A DNA stretch of 64,000 nt, from positions 1 to 64,000 of the forward strand of contig MCFE01000487.1 of the NCBI GenBank assembly GCA_002104905.1. The letters are read 5' to 3'. This document shows, piece after piece, positions 12,835 through 26,443 of this stretch; position 1 is the stretch's first letter, and every line of letters starts with the position of its first letter. The notes under the pieces are model-generated. The model ran no database searches. It was not told the DNA's origin and saw only the letters and a list, made by a program, of their open reading frames with translations. The translations under genes were made by a program, and so were the position numbers. This DNA comes from Basidiobolus meristosporus CBS 931.73 (taxonomy: Eukaryota > Fungi > Basidiobolomycota).

Positions 12835-13822
12835 GTAACGAATCATGTTCTCAAAGGTAATAAACGCTCCCTTTTCCTAGTCTGACAATGCTTAAGCAAT
12901 ACACCACCCACTAAACTTCAGGACGCTTGCTCTCCTTTCCGCGTTGCGCTATCCGTACGTCTGCCCATCAGAGGGCATTTAGTGGCCTGCTCCTAGGCGA
13001 CGCGAGACCATCGTAAAGGGTCTTGATCTCCACTGAAAGCAATCATATGGAGCCTAGCCCCAATAAAGGCGCAATCCTGCACACCACATACATCCTACTA
13101 CCTCCACCACCATCCTCATCCAGCCTGCCTGGCTTCCAACCTCTCCATTACATATGGCTTGTCGAATAAATGCGGGTTATCGGTTTCTTGGGCGTCCACT
13201 GCTTCCACACACTTCTGGGAAGGGATTATTCCTCCGAAACAATCTGCGCTGGGGTTCATGCGGAATCGGCCCGATGTGTCTGTCCCGGAAACTTATATTG
13301 CGTAGAGCATAGACTTGAATCGGCAGTTGGTTGCATTGTTGATCATCTACGTATCAACCTGATGCGGCGGTGTGCTTAGATACTATGACGGCATTGGAAC
13401 CCCACCAAGAAATACGCCTGGCTTTCTGGGGTCATATTGAGCAACCTGGCTCGCTCGGGTGGGAAGCCATCACATCGCAATTGCTGGCATTTGCAGGCAC
13501 GCAACCTGTATAGGCCCGGCGTCTTCGGGCCACAAGGGAGTCGGATTCTTTGGTATTTATTTTAAATCAGGGGGTGTTTCAAAGGGGTGGGTATGAGGCT
13601 ATCCAATAGTAGCATAATTTCCTATCAGCAGGTTGCTGGATATAGCCAATAAGCAGCTGTGAGTCATATTTAAAGACTCGAAACCTGGCTCGCCGAGCGA
13701 GGATTGATATGGCTATAAACGTATATGCCCTTCTATATGGGTCAAGGATGGCTGCTTCAGAGCCCGGATACAATAATCCCTATAAACATGTCGGGCGCTT
13801 CCGCAAATGGATCGCACTCCGG

Positions 13823-14818
13823 TCAGCGGCGCGACCGTTTCTCGTGTGTTTTCAGGTGCTGCCGCAAATTATCCCGTCTTGAAAAGGTCTTCCCACACCC
13901 CTGATATGGACACTCAAACGGTTTCTCCAGGGTGTGTGTGCGCAAATGCCGCTTGAGATGCTCCAGTCGCTTGAATCTCATTTGGCAGTTTGGAAACTGA
14001 CAATAATGGTATTTCACCGGCGTTGGCGATCTGATTGACCATCGATGCTGGACATATGGCTTCGCTTGCCTAGAACGTCTTCGAGAACATCTTTGGCACT
14101 CAGAGGGTCCAGAATCCTGCCGTGGTGTGCGAGGCGCCTTCATACCACCATTTGATTCATTTGGAAATAAACCTTCCACATTAAAAGTGGCAATTGTGGG
14201 GGACGAGTGCGGACTGGCACAATTTTCGCAGCTGGCGCTTGAGGAGTGTGACATGTGTGGGTGAGTGTTTGCTCCCTCGTCTTCCTCTTCATCCTCCTCT
14301 TCGTTATCAAAGAACTGAAATGGGCAGCAATGGTGATTGATGCAGCTTTCGTCACAATCCTCGTTAAGGAGATGATAAATGTTTGAGGTTTTTCTTTCCT
14401 CGCAACATTCATCGTCACATATAGGATAGTTGGTTGGTGTGGGCATATGGTAGGAGTTTGCATTGTGAGTAGAATTATCGGTCTGGCTATCACCGTAGGT
14501 ATCCTCGCAAAGGAAACAACTTTGGTGGCTGTTGTGCGTTTCAGGTTGGAATTGAAACTTGCGTTTGAGAGAGTTGTCGTAGCTATCGGAATTGATATTG
14601 TACGATCGGCGTGAATGTATCCCTCCCAAGGAGTTTGAGTGAAGTGGACCATAGTTTGTAGGCTCGGATAAAGAACACTCGGCCAACAATGTCAACGAGC
14701 TACTGGAAGTAGGATGTCGATAACAGTGGTGATGATGATGGTGATGATAATGAACATGAGTGGGGGGATTTGTGGGAGGGTGACCTGTAGGGTACTCCTC
14801 TATGTTGCTTATATACAT
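13823..14818 (-). CDS. C2H2 zinc-finger transcription factor (two C-terminal fingers), 331 aa
   Basis: [53 protein letters not shown]; poly-His and Cys/acidic middle region. Confidence 0.9.
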   Translation of the reverse strand: MYISNIEEYPTGHPPTNPPTHVHYHHHHHHHCYRHPTSSSSLTLLAECSLSEPTNYGPLHSNSLGGIHSRRSYNINSDSYDNSLKRKFQFQPETHNSHQSCFLCEDTYGDSQTDNSTHNANSYHMPTPTNYPICDDECCEERKTSNIYHLLNEDCDESCINHHCCPFQFFDNEEEDEEEDEGANTHPHMSHSSSASCENCASPHSSPTIATFNVEGLFPNESNGGMKAPRTPRQDSGPSECQRCSRRRSRQAKPYVQHRWSIRSPTPVKYHYCQFPNCQMRFKRLEHLKRHLRTHTLEKPFECPYQGCGKTFSRRDNLRQHLKTHEKRSRR

Positions 14819-16565
14819 TTTGAATTGGGAGAGGGGCGTTGGAATATATCTATAATGAATTGAGCAGTGAAGGATACCAAGAAATTAGAATGAGAAGAGG
14901 GTAGTCGACCCAGAGTTGATTTTCGGCTTCTTATATTCTATACGAACACTTGAAAAATCTAGAAATTGGTTGGATGTTGATGAGCAATATGATCCCTCGA
15001 ATTGGAACCCAAAACCCCTATTCAGCGATCATCCATACGTATATATTTATTGTAACGATGGATATAATCCCTGAAAGAAGATTGTATTGATCCCATACCA
15101 TACCATACATTGGATTTCTACTTGTTATGAAGGAGATTGTGACCATAGATTGGCGAATGGAATGACAAGAATGGCATCGAAGCCGGTATTGTCATTGGAC
15201 ACAGTGCAACCCCAGTAGAGAGGACCTTACAGTTGATTCCTCTCAACCACATGACGTATGAGCTAACGACGACCTTACAGTTGGCGGTTGAGGAAGATAC
15301 ATGTGCAGCTGATAAGCATTTCTAGACCAATGGTAGGTCAAAACACTAGGACCAGACTTGATAGGTCACCTTCGCGGTGTCGAAAGAGGTGCTTCCTAAA
15401 AGCGCAATTCGACGCACTTGCCCTTTTTACTGTAATTTTGGCCTTGGGTACTAAAACCCTCCCACTCAATAAATCTACGAACGGGTGGGTATTGCTTTTT
15501 TTTCATTCAGCTCTGAGGGGTTTGTTGTCATCCATGCTGTTTCACATCTTAATCGGTGCAATCAGATTTATTCACATTGACCTTGGCTTAGGAATAGTAC
15601 CCTAATGGTTATCCTTCTGTAAAAATATATTGCAAGCCTCTGATAAGAAGCTCCACTGATTTGTCACATCACCTGCCAAATATGTCCCACTTAGGGACAC
15701 GACTGGAATTGGGTATTTTCCATCTGCCTTATCAAAATTGAATCTGCATTGTTTGGTTGACAGAATTTTCAAATTGCATCTTTTGAGTCAGTTTCCTGAA
15801 TGTCTAAAAATACGCTGTCCCGTGTCAATCTGACACTTGTATGAATCAGACATGATACAACTTGTAGACCTATGTAGAACAGTACGTTGAGGGTTAATAA
15901 GCCATATTCAAAGTCAGCCTTTCCCAGGCAAATCGGAAGTATATATCGTATAAGTTGCTACGAGCAGTATCCCCCCAAAAGCCTCGAGTGTCTCCAAGCT
16001 GAACGTAATCCTAGGCTTCTATTGAAGCCTGGTTTGTTGCTCCAGGAAAAGGTATGAATTAGGAGTTACCTTCGAGCGATGCCCCTGTAAGAATATTGGT
16101 GGTCGATGAGATTTCACAACGTTTATGATGTGATTAATTCCATCCAACCTACTTAAGCCAATTAATTTAATGTTACTCAGTGAGTGCACTGTAGATAATC
16201 ATGATATTCCTGTCCAAGTGTTAAACTGAATATCCCAGATTGTAGATCAATTGTATTATATACTCTTTTAGGAGATGTTGCATTGATTAAATGCTTTTAT
16301 TTACCTAATGCATATACTCAATATTTTAATTGAATACAAAGCAACGTGACTCTTTGCGTTTTACCAATTTCGGATTCAAAATCGGCTTTTCACTTGTCCA
16401 TGTTGTTCATATATTACTTCGATATGGAAATACAACTTGTAATCTTCAAATAATAACTATCATACCTATCATTATTAAGTCTAAGAGTATCCTAGTAAAC
16501 CTATACTACAGAATAGTATTTCTCACGTTTTTACGTGTATTCCTCCTCTTTATTTCCTTACTTTG

Positions 16566-18620
16566 ATGGAGCGTTATGAAATAATTTGTGAACTGGATAA
16601 AGGAACTTATGGAACTGTTTTGCAAGCAAAGGATAAGCAAACCGGAGAGATTGTAAGTGATAAGATTCACTTGTTGAAGCCCGGAACAGGGTAATAATCT
16701 CTACGACTTTCTATTCCCATCTAGGTTGCTATTAAAAAGATCAAAAACAACTTCGCCAACTGGAAGGAATGTTTAACTTTACGTGAATTGAAGGTTTGTT
16801 ATATTTTTGGATTGTGCTCTTGTGCCGTATTTTAACCTCGTGCATAGGTCCTGAAAAAGCTATCTCACCCGAATATTGTTCGCCTTGATAATGCTTTTGT
16901 GAGACGTAATACACTTTTCCTCGTTTTTGAGTTTATGGACAAGAACCTCTATACCTTCATTCAAGAGCAAGATGGGATTCTCATCGAGGAAAGTCGTATA
17001 CAGTCCATCATGTGAGGCAATCTATACTCTTCACTCATATAACTGCAAGATACTAAACATGTGAATCTTGAAGGTTCCAGATATTGAATGGATTGGAGTA
17101 TATACACAGAAAAGGATACTTTCACAGGGATATAAAACCTGAAAATATTCTCGTTAGAGATAATATCGTCAAAACGGCAGATTTTGGACTAGTGCGAGAG
17201 ATCAAAAGTAGTCCACCATATACTGACTACGTGAGTACTCGGTGGTAATATCGTCTTTCGCAGTAATGAATTGCCATTCAGTATTTTAATTGCCAGTTGA
17301 TAATAGGTATCGTGCTCCAGAAGTTCTATTAGGCGCATCATTTTACTCCACACCGATTGATATTTGGGCTGCAGGCGCTATTATGGCTGAACTTTATACC
17401 CTACGACCACTCTTTCCTGGCCAGAGTGAAATAGATCAAATCCTTAAAATATGTCATATACTTGGGACACCGGATACCATTGATCCAAAATCTTCGTGGG
17501 CGGAAGGTGTGAAATTGGCATCTAGGTTGGGCTTTCAGTTTCCGAACGTAAGAATGCGTTGAATTTCTATATGTTAATGCGTTATCATGATATACTTAGA
17601 AGTATACTATAGATGAACCCCGTTAGCCTTAGCCATATTATCCCGAATGCTTCAAGTGAAGCCATTCACTTAATGTCTAGCATGCTGAAGTTCGACCCCA
17701 AAGCTCGGATCAGTGCTCGCCAAGCCCTTCGCCACCCATACTTTTGCAAGACCAGAAAAGCAATATTGCCTCGGATTTCTTTGTTCGACCGCTATTCGCA
17801 AGCATCATATCAAAAGCTCTTAACTAGTAATCCATTCAAACGATTTTCAAAAGAGGCTGAGGATATCATCCCTGCTCTTGGAAATCTAGAACAAAACGTC
17901 CCCTTACTAAACCATACACAAAGTAATAGCCAAGAGAGGCTCTTCCAAGATGTGGACATGAAATATACACCGGAACTAACCCTGACTGATATACCTATCC
18001 TACCGCAACTAGAGGACTATAGCATTGATCCGATGATGGATGGTCTGTCGTTTGACGTGAGTAAATTCTTGAATTGCTGGAAACGGGATGTAGGCTATCC
18101 TGATTCCACTAGCAATTCGACTGATATGGAAATATGCAAAGCAAAGCAAATCTACACTGGAAAAAGCTCTAGACATTCAGCGTCAAGCAATCCCTTGGAT
18201 GTAGCAAACAGCATTTCTGAAGATACTGATGGAGTAAACTCTACTAGCAACCGCCTCGATATGTATCAGTCTATGATGAATACTCAAGTGGCTGAACCGT
18301 CCTCAGATACATTTCTTCTGACCCATTTTGAGCAGAACAAAGCTAAGCAAGATTCAAATCTTTGTTACGATATGCTAAACCCGCCATTTAATGTCGGGCA
18401 ACCTCACCGTGAAGTTACTCGCGAAGAAAGCCAGCATTACGCAGCTGAACTCAGTATTGAAACGTTACTTCACGAAGTTAATGACATGACGCAGGAAGTC
18501 AATGCACAGCCATCAACATCAGCTTCGCAGAACTACTCTCAACACAATACTGACGTGTTAGTCACCAGACCAAGAAAGGCGTCTGTATCATTCACTCGAT
18601 TTTTTAATTGGAATCGATAA
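16566..18620 (+). CDS. MAK/ICK/Ime2-family (RCK) Ser/Thr protein kinase, 6 exons
   Basis: Exons 16566-16652, 16725-16793, 16848-17011, 17074-17244, 17307-17547, 17613-18620 with GT-AG introns; motifs [39 protein letters not shown] (TDY activation loop). Confidence 0.92.
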
Positions 18621-19349
18621 TTCCATCCCAAAATGTGGTTAAAGCTGCTACGAACTGTAAGTATTTCATAGTTATATTCCCCACCAGAATCAAGCCTTAA
18701 TTATCGTAGAATTTTTACTTGTATTTGTTTCGAATGTATATATTGCTTGAAAGTTGCATAATCTAAAGGAATAGAGCATAGTATTGAACGTGTTTATGCC
18801 AGAAAGTTGTCCGGAAACAACACTTACAATAATAACAGTGTAAGGGTTATTCTGACTAGTTACACTGTAACGGTCATAATTGGATCAATGGGGTGGAATC
18901 TCCCTGTTTTTAGTGCAAGACATGCTGGTGGTGGCTTAAAATGTACATATGATATAGTATCAGGAGGTTAGCTCGTAGCAACATCGCAAGAAGCACGTCA
19001 GGTGCTGTAGTTTCTGGCATTATCTTTCGCCAAAGCAGTGATCGGCTGGAAAATGAAAAGTACTCGAGGAGTAACCTCCACTGTTGAAACGGTATCCAGG
19101 GCTTCAACAATGTGAATAGTGCATTCAGATCATTGTAGAGTTGCACATTCATAACTTCCTTTCGGCCATCGCTGTCATTGCGGTGCCAATGGGTATTGCA
19201 AGCGGCAAATTGGCGGATCACATTGCATCACATAGCCTAGTCCACACGAGAGCATATGCGAAGCTTCCTAATTAAGATGCCGATGAATGACTGGCTGTAT
19301 ATACAAATCAGCACCCGCAAGCACCAGCTACGCGCTAAGGGACCTTGGG

Positions 19350-19388
19350 GATATAGATACAGATATAGATATAGATATAGATGTAGAT
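19350..19388. repeat. (GATATA)n microsatellite
   Basis: GATATAGATACAGATATAGATATAGATATAGATGTAGAT. Confidence 0.8.
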
Positions 19389-19802
19389 TCAACATGACTT
19401 CAGCAGATCATTCAGTTTTGTGTAAGTGGTTAGCAGCTGGAGTTGAGGGATGCACATTGGTGTTCGTTTATATCAGCTATAGTACGCTTCCACAAATCTC
19501 ATTCAGGTGATGGTGTGTTCATCAATTCCTGCTGGCAACGGTGATTGGGTGAAATCAGGTCTATAGGAGATGTGAGCAACACGCCGTACTTATAGGATTC
19601 AATACAAATATATTCAGCAATATGCCTACAGGATCCATGCACGCATAGCTACATCTAATCCAATAGGTAGAGCACCATGCCAAGCTTAGTCATACCTGCC
19701 AGGATCAGTCATATGTGATATCTACCTCGGGCTGGCACTCTAACTAGCTTCACAACGTTGTTTCTTTGAAGCGCCCCTACACTTTATCAACACACCTTCG
19801 TA

Positions 19803-21062
19803 ATGGATAGCCGACCTCTGCCTCCTGGATGGTATTTACCTTGTTGCTCCCAGTCGTAGTTGTATCGCAGCAGTAGTGCTTATTCGGCTGGGTTTTTGTA
19901 GGATTTCCCAAATAGATTCTGGAAACCAGCGTACATACTACACAAGTCGGCATCATTCTGTAACCTGTTTATTTGGACTTTCGTTAACATAGATGTTGCT
20001 TTCCTAGATACTAATACTGGTCAGTCTACCTGGGATGATCCTCGACCGGAGTATTATGCAAGAGAAGGAGGTGGCCAGCACCATGGATCTTCTATGCCCT
20101 CTCCATACTCTGGTGACAGCTATTCAGGCAATCAGTCCCAGGGCAATCCACCCCACTCCGGCTCCGCTCCGCTTGGTTTTGCTTTCCCCGATAATTCTGC
20201 ATCTAACCAAAGCCACCAGACTATGGCCATGCCTGGTTCCACCGACAACTATTCCTCTGGCGGGTCTGGCTCAAACATGCCTGGTATGCCCAGTACTAAC
20301 CAAGGATCGTATCAGCAGCATGGTGGACAAAACGAATATTCCGGCACCCAGAATGCGAACTATTCACAGTCGCAAACTGGGTCGCACAAGTCGGAATCCG
20401 CTGGAACTGCATCCACTTACGTCTCTGGAAGTGGGAACCAACCTGGTGAAAGCTTCCCCACATCCAGTAGCAGCAACTCAGGGTCCAACCAACCACTTGA
20501 TCCCAACGCTGGGGATCAGGAGCGTTTTTTGGGCATCAATAAGCAATCTGTGATTGGCGCCGTGGTAGGTGGGATCGCTGGGAAGATCATCTCTTCACAG
20601 TTCCCATCCAACTCTTCGTCGAAACCACCCTCGTCCGGTTCGCATCAAAACCAAGGGTACGGTGGACAAAACTATGGTGGGCAGCACCAGCAAGGGCAGC
20701 AATACGGAGGTAATCAACCCCAGCAGGGGCAAAGCTATGGCGGGCAATCGCAAGGGCATCAGTATGGTGGTCAGCAATACGGTCAGCCCCAAGGACAGCA
20801 ATACGGCCAGCCACAAGGACAGCAATACGGCCAGCCCCAAGGACAGCAATACGGTCAACCACAAGGGCAATATTATGGCGGCCAGTCTCAAGGATACCAG
20901 GGTGGTGGGTCGTCACAAAATCAGTACAACAATCAGCCAGCACATGGCAAGCCAACCAGTGAATCGAGCCATGGAGGCATGAGCTCACTGCTTTCGGGCG
21001 GCCTTGGTAGCATGGCACTAAACATGGTCCAAGACAAGATACTGGGAGGTAAGAAGCACTGA
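19803..21062 (+). CDS. WW-domain protein with a Gly/Gln/Ser/Tyr-rich low-complexity tail, 3 exons
   Basis: Exons 19803-19831, 19902-19945, 20008-21062 splice to LPPGWISQIDSGNQRTYYTNTNTGQSTWDDP (WW consensus), in frame with ORF 20094-21062, which carries GQQYGQPQ tandem repeats. Confidence 0.85.
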
Positions 21063-21410
21063 TTGTGTGGAAGATTCACTCGAGCCAGTTCTGAGGGGAG
21101 GGGTTTCATTCTATTACCTTACTTCACTATACGTACAATGATTTTAATCGACCACTGGATTTCGAATGTGTTTAATTGCTCATATGAATATATAAAATTT
21201 ACCGTTAACCATTGGTATCTCTGGCCAACTAAGGTTAGCGCCACCAGCATACCAAAGAAATGGAGTTCATGGTGCCATATGGCGGGGTTATCTAAGTGCA
21301 CGGGTGGTTCTACCCGCCTATGAATGGTTCATAACACTGGCGCGTTGAGAAGCAATCCAGGATGAGTACAGCTAAAGACAAACCCACCGAGGCCAGAGCA
21401 GTATGGGCCT

Positions 21411-22172
21411 TCAAATGTACATCGTTAGGGATGAGGGGAAATATTCCCATGAGAATGGGCATTCGATGCGATGGCGGGGAATCGGAGGAACTTTACACCA
21501 GGTCAGGCCGCCAAACCCGGGATTTCCCAGCAGGAGGAGGGCGCGGGATGCGGGAGAATGGTCGGAATTGAGCACCACTTTCATGGGTCGAAGATACCCC
21601 AGGGGCAACCATCTCGATTCAATCGATGGGATCTCCAGCAGCACCAGGACTTTCTGGAGATGGAACTTCCCACCTCCTTCGTGAACCTGGACCTTCAGTA
21701 GATTCTCCTTGGTGAGGATGGATCGACTCCTAGGGGGCAATTTGAAGCGAGTATCCAGATCGGTCTGGTCAACTTCGGAACCAGAGAACATGGTAATCAA
21801 TTGGTGATCGGGATTCAAATCCATCATGATGGCCTTGGGCGTGACTGCCATTCATCAGCAACAGTCCTCCCGCTTCAAGGTAGTCTTATCAGTGCATGCA
21901 GTGTATTGGGTGATGAGCAGATCGTGCTGGCCGTCCCCAAGATCACTACAGCAATCCACCGTGTAGAACTCCAACATGGGCGCTTCATCATCCAACTCAT
22001 TCTCCCCCACGAATGCCTCCTCCAGGGTTGGCTCTTCGGAGAAAAGGGTTGCAAGAGGGGGGCTTTCCACATAGTTGTTCATAGGGTAGACGAAGGAAGG
22101 GGTGATATGGACGCAGCTATCTGAATATACAGCAGAGGGAACCTGGGACTTCCTTCTCGGCTCCTGGGACAA
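21411..22172 (-). CDS. Hypothetical protein (two in-frame ORFs separated by TGA-TGA; probably spliced, or a pseudogene)
   Basis: ORFs 21855-22172 and 21411-21851 are in one frame with protein-like composition; a possible branch point and CAG acceptor lie near the stops; no family recognised. Confidence 0.3.
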
Positions 22173-23989
22173 TGGGATGTTGATACAATCTCCGTGTCGA
22201 TGTGTGTATTATATGAGAGTCGGCGAAACATCAACCGGCAAGCATATCGTACGAATTGGCCAGTCAATAGGAAGACCTCATTCTCAACCAAACCAGGATG
22301 GTAGTCCGTGACGAATATGATTCAGTATTTTCTACACTCGAAGGAAGATCACCCCCACAAACCGCATGATGAATGTCAATCATGACTTTGGGTAGATATT
22401 ATGAGATGTCGGGAATGGCGAGTCCATAACCGTGACTCCGCGATCCCATCCACCATACTTTATCGTGTTTATGTTACGCCAGCCAGATTTACTGTTCGTG
22501 CGAACAGATAAGTCTATCTTGGATGGTGCAGTAGTGTTGCTGGCCACAAGCAGTTAAGGTTGGGTATATGAAGCTGCCAGCTTTGGTTATTGGATCCCAT
22601 CGTGCACTGGTAGAAAATCACGCACCTTGGAGCCGTGGTACAGTTCTGCTCAGTATCAATGGATTCGAAGCAACGGTAACACAGGTAATCGCAAATGTCG
22701 AATTCTTCCCGGGAAATTCAGCTCCGTAGCCCATCCCAACATCATCGGAGTTCAGGAGGTTTTTAGAACGGCATATTGACCCTGGTGTCCCATAGTATAG
22801 GCTTCCACATGGGACATGCTTAGTTAGTATCTGCCACTTCGACCAGCGCTAAGCACGAAACATCTCTGGGGCACATCCGTATACGAAGATCTGATAGAGA
22901 GAAGAATAATGTGTACCCATGCTAACTCCTGACATGGAAGGTACAGCGACCCACAGTGCGGGTTCAATCTGATTCCAATTTGGCACCCGGTAGCTTCCTG
23001 TCATATCATGGATGGTGAAGGGTGCTTAGTGCTAGTGGTTGGGGTAAAGATACGTGGATTCCTTCATTCCAAGTCGGTGAACACGAAGGAGTTGTACCCG
23101 CAGAGCAGAGATTCCCTGTTGCGGCATTCCTTACAAAACACTCCAAGAAAGCCGTGGAGAATGAACAAACAGAATAGCCCTTCCCCGTTATCTCCAGAGG
23201 TCCCAGAATCGGCACCCATCTAACGGCTCTTGTGTGGTTTGGGTGTTCCTTGCCATGCTCAGCCAACAGCGAGCTGCGAGGGTTTGCTTGGGAGCAATTT
23301 GGTGTCTAGCCAGCTATCAGCAGAGCAACATGCGTAGAGACTAGCAATGTCTCCGTTACATCGTCTGCAGGCGAATCGTTGGATGGTGGCCCATCGCACT
23401 ATTCATAGTACAGAAGCAGGATGTATGCTGGCAGCTATCAAATCATCCCCATGAAGATCCGGACCTTGTAGGTCTGTTTCATTCGACGCTGGGTGATCCT
23501 GCTGGATGATAGGTGATGTGGCCTCGGATGGCACCACCAGTTCCATAACAAGGTCACCCGTAACCTCATGATGGGTTTAGCCAACGTGGGAATGCCCGTG
23601 GTGGCTGGTATACTTCGCCAAGGCTCAACTGTACCGCTGCTTCGGTCGCAAATCTCGAACCGTTTGACGCAGAGGTTGTTGGGGAATTTCGCACCAACCG
23701 GATCCCACAGCATACGTGCATGGAGTACTAATCAGGTTGGCCAGTCCATGGATTTAAGCCCCGTTGCCAATCAATGTCACCAGGTGATGGTGATGTGGGG
23801 CATATGTAGCCAACGCCAACTACACATGCATCCAAGCCGGCGTCCGCATCGGGTATGCCTGTCGATGGAGACAAGTCCGAACCAGGTGCATGCGCCTCGG
23901 AGGATATCCAATCTGAGCCTCGGTGGTGTCCATCGTACAAATAGCCCACCGGACAAGTCAAGACACTCAATCCCACCATTCCTAGCCCG

Positions 23990-24442
23990 ATGTTTCACCC
24001 ATTCTCCATATTACTTATCATTCTACCGTGGGTGGCTGGTGCACCACTGGGGATGAGTGACCAGTGTGCGGCATTAACCGTATTCCCACTTGAGCCTTCG
24101 AAGAACCCAGGCCGCAGAGCAGAGTTTGCGCCCGGCCAGGAAGTCACGCTGAAATGGAGCTCTCGAGGACTGGATCTGAAGCACATCCGAGAGATAGGCC
24201 TGTTCGACGCAAGGAGCAACGAGTTCTTGCATAGCCAGTTCAGAAGCCATCCAGGGAAAGCCATTCAAGAGGGGAAGATGACGTTCTCGCTGGAGATCCC
24301 CCTGTGCCTCCAGCGGTACGACACCTACTACCTCCGTATCTACGCGAGCACCGGGGGCCACCATATATGCAGCCTGAAATCAGCCACCTTTCGGATCGCC
24401 ACACCCAATCAAAACTACTCCAAGTGCAAAGCTAATGTTTAG
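23990..24442 (+). CDS. Small secreted protein, 150 aa, 4 Cys, predicted beta-sandwich
   Basis: Hydrophobic signal MFHPFSILLIILPWVAGA; alternating beta-strand pattern (GQEVTLKWS, MTFSLEIP, YYLRIYAS, SATFRI); intronless. Confidence 0.7.
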   Translation: MFHPFSILLIILPWVAGAPLGMSDQCAALTVFPLEPSKNPGRRAEFAPGQEVTLKWSSRGLDLKHIREIGLFDARSNEFLHSQFRSHPGKAIQEGKMTFSLEIPLCLQRYDTYYLRIYASTGGHHICSLKSATFRIATPNQNYSKCKANV

Positions 24443-25774
24443 ACGTGCGAAATGTATATTCACTCGGGTTGATCAGGGTTTCGGGGATTTGTATAGATGC
24501 GGATGAATAAAAGATAACTGCCTCCTCGGGCCCATTAGAGTAAAAGATGGCGCATGTGACACATACCTAGAATTCCATCCCCGTTGGCCAGAGCAGAGTC
24601 CACTGTCGGCCACCGGTTGCCCTCGACGATCAGGTGATCGTACTGAAAAGAAGCAAACGTCGAGACTGGGTGTCGTTGAGATCACCAGCTAGGAGGTGGC
24701 AGCAAGCATTTGCTAGCGTCACGAGCAGAATATTGCCAGGGTCGACTGGACACCGCCTCCCAACCTGTAGATGCCGAAAATCCCACCGGCGAACCCCCTT
24801 CACCGCACCAGTCGACCATTCTGGTAGGCCGGATAGGTCCATCCCATCCTGTGTGGGAACTGAGTACGGATGGTCACTCAACGGCCGCAAACCCATGTGT
24901 CGCTTCCATGCAGTTAAGATGTCAGCAAGGAACTGAATCTACTTCGGCAAGGCCCCGATGGAAATAGATCCGGCCACGGTGGAGCCTGCTTAACCACACA
25001 AATGGATCCATCTGATCAGTGAATTCGCATCCAATGAATGGCTCGTCCGCGGCAGCGCCTCCTCCTCCTCAGCCAATACCAGGATCCGGATGTGGTTGCC
25101 AGCAGCAGCATCTGTACACAAGGTGCACTCGGGGTTGGCTTCGTTCTCCGCCCAGCTAATGGATGGCGACACCTGTCTGTGGGAAAACACAGGCGTCCCC
25201 CCGTCTATGGGGAAAATGAGGAGTTTCAGGCAGGGCCGGATCGTAGTTGGGGCGCAAGAAATGCATCCATCCTGAAGGCAAGCTTCTCGAGTGGCAATGC
25301 GTAGGAATGCCAGAGGCGTGCCGGGAATGGATGCCGGGTATTCAGTGGGACACCTGGACCACCTTGAGCCGCTCCGAAGATCCACTCTCGATTCGGGCGA
25401 AATTCCCACCCCTTGATTTGCACGAGTCCATGGCGGAAATATTGGGATTCCAAGGGCTACGGATCTGGAACCAGCCATCTACGCCATCCACTCCATCATG
25501 CAAAGCTTGGCCATTGAATTCGATTTATTACTGGGGGCAGTTGGCAAGGTGGATTATGTACATGAATGAGGCACTCGTTGCCGGGTATTCGGGGCGTTCC
25601 TATGAATAAGCATGTGCGGAATCTATGATGTTCTGCCGAGCGTCGGGGAAATCAATGAATGGGGGAGAAGGGGGACCGAAGGTAGACGTGGACGAGGGAA
25701 CTGTCGCCTCGTGCCCCATGCGCCCTCGAATGGGCCGTGCATCTTTGGATCCAGCGAGATGCGAGAAGCTTCTC

Positions 25775-26443
25775 TCACTCACCAGTCAGGCCGACTTTGA
25801 ATTTGCCATCCTTTCTATCATGAGTCTTCATGTGTTGCCCTAGGTTGTCTCTTCTCGAGAACGATTTGCCACACCCTTCCACTTCACAGGAGTATGGCCG
25901 CTCAAGGGTGTGTACGCGAAAGTGCCGCTTCAGGTGTTCGAACCGCTTGAATCGCATCTGACACCCAGGGAACTGGCATGGATGGCACTTGTCGACCGTA
26001 TTGTCCGGAGCTTCGTCCAATTGCTTGCGCGTGCGATACTGCATGGGCTGGTACGGGTAAAGCCGATGCACTGCCTTCATGTCGGCGAGTGATCTTGTAT
26101 GCCACGTTTCAACGGCCACTGGGTAGGGTCGAGCGGCAGTTGGAGAGAGGGTCCCGGGCTTGGTCTGCGGGATTGTTGTGTGGGTTGTGTTGGGTTTCAG
26201 CGCTAGGCTGGTGGGCGGGAAAGGACAGACGCTGAACGGGCCCTCGTCTGGATCGAAATTGAGCAATTTGTAGATGTTGCTTACTCGGGGCGGGTTGCTT
26301 GGATACCCCATAGGTGGGTGAGTGGCAAGGCTAGGGTCGCTTAGAACACCGCGCATGGAGGTTGAGTAAGAATAGTCGGTAGGAAGGTCGAGTTGTGGCA
26401 GGACGTCCTGCCTTTCAACGTCAAAGTAGTTTTGTGTCAACAT
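25775..26443 (-). CDS. C2H2 zinc-finger transcription factor, 222 aa, paralog of 13823-14818
   Basis: [53 protein letters not shown]. Confidence 0.9.
   Translation of the reverse strand: MLTQNYFDVERQDVLPQLDLPTDYSYSTSMRGVLSDPSLATHPPMGYPSNPPRVSNIYKLLNFDPDEGPFSVCPFPPTSLALKPNTTHTTIPQTKPGTLSPTAARPYPVAVETWHTRSLADMKAVHRLYPYQPMQYRTRKQLDEAPDNTVDKCHPCQFPGCQMRFKRFEHLKRHFRVHTLERPYSCEVEGCGKSFSRRDNLGQHMKTHDRKDGKFKVGLTGE

Noticed and set aside
22500-23420. Cys-rich reading-frame patches and possible introns on the minus strand
   Set aside because: I could not assemble a consistent start-to-stop gene model or recognise a family; possibly a pseudogene.
24990-25560. Minus-strand stretch resembling a C-type lectin start (SCKSRGGNFARIES)
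   Set aside because: Bounded by in-frame stops, with no acceptor site or remaining lectin motifs.
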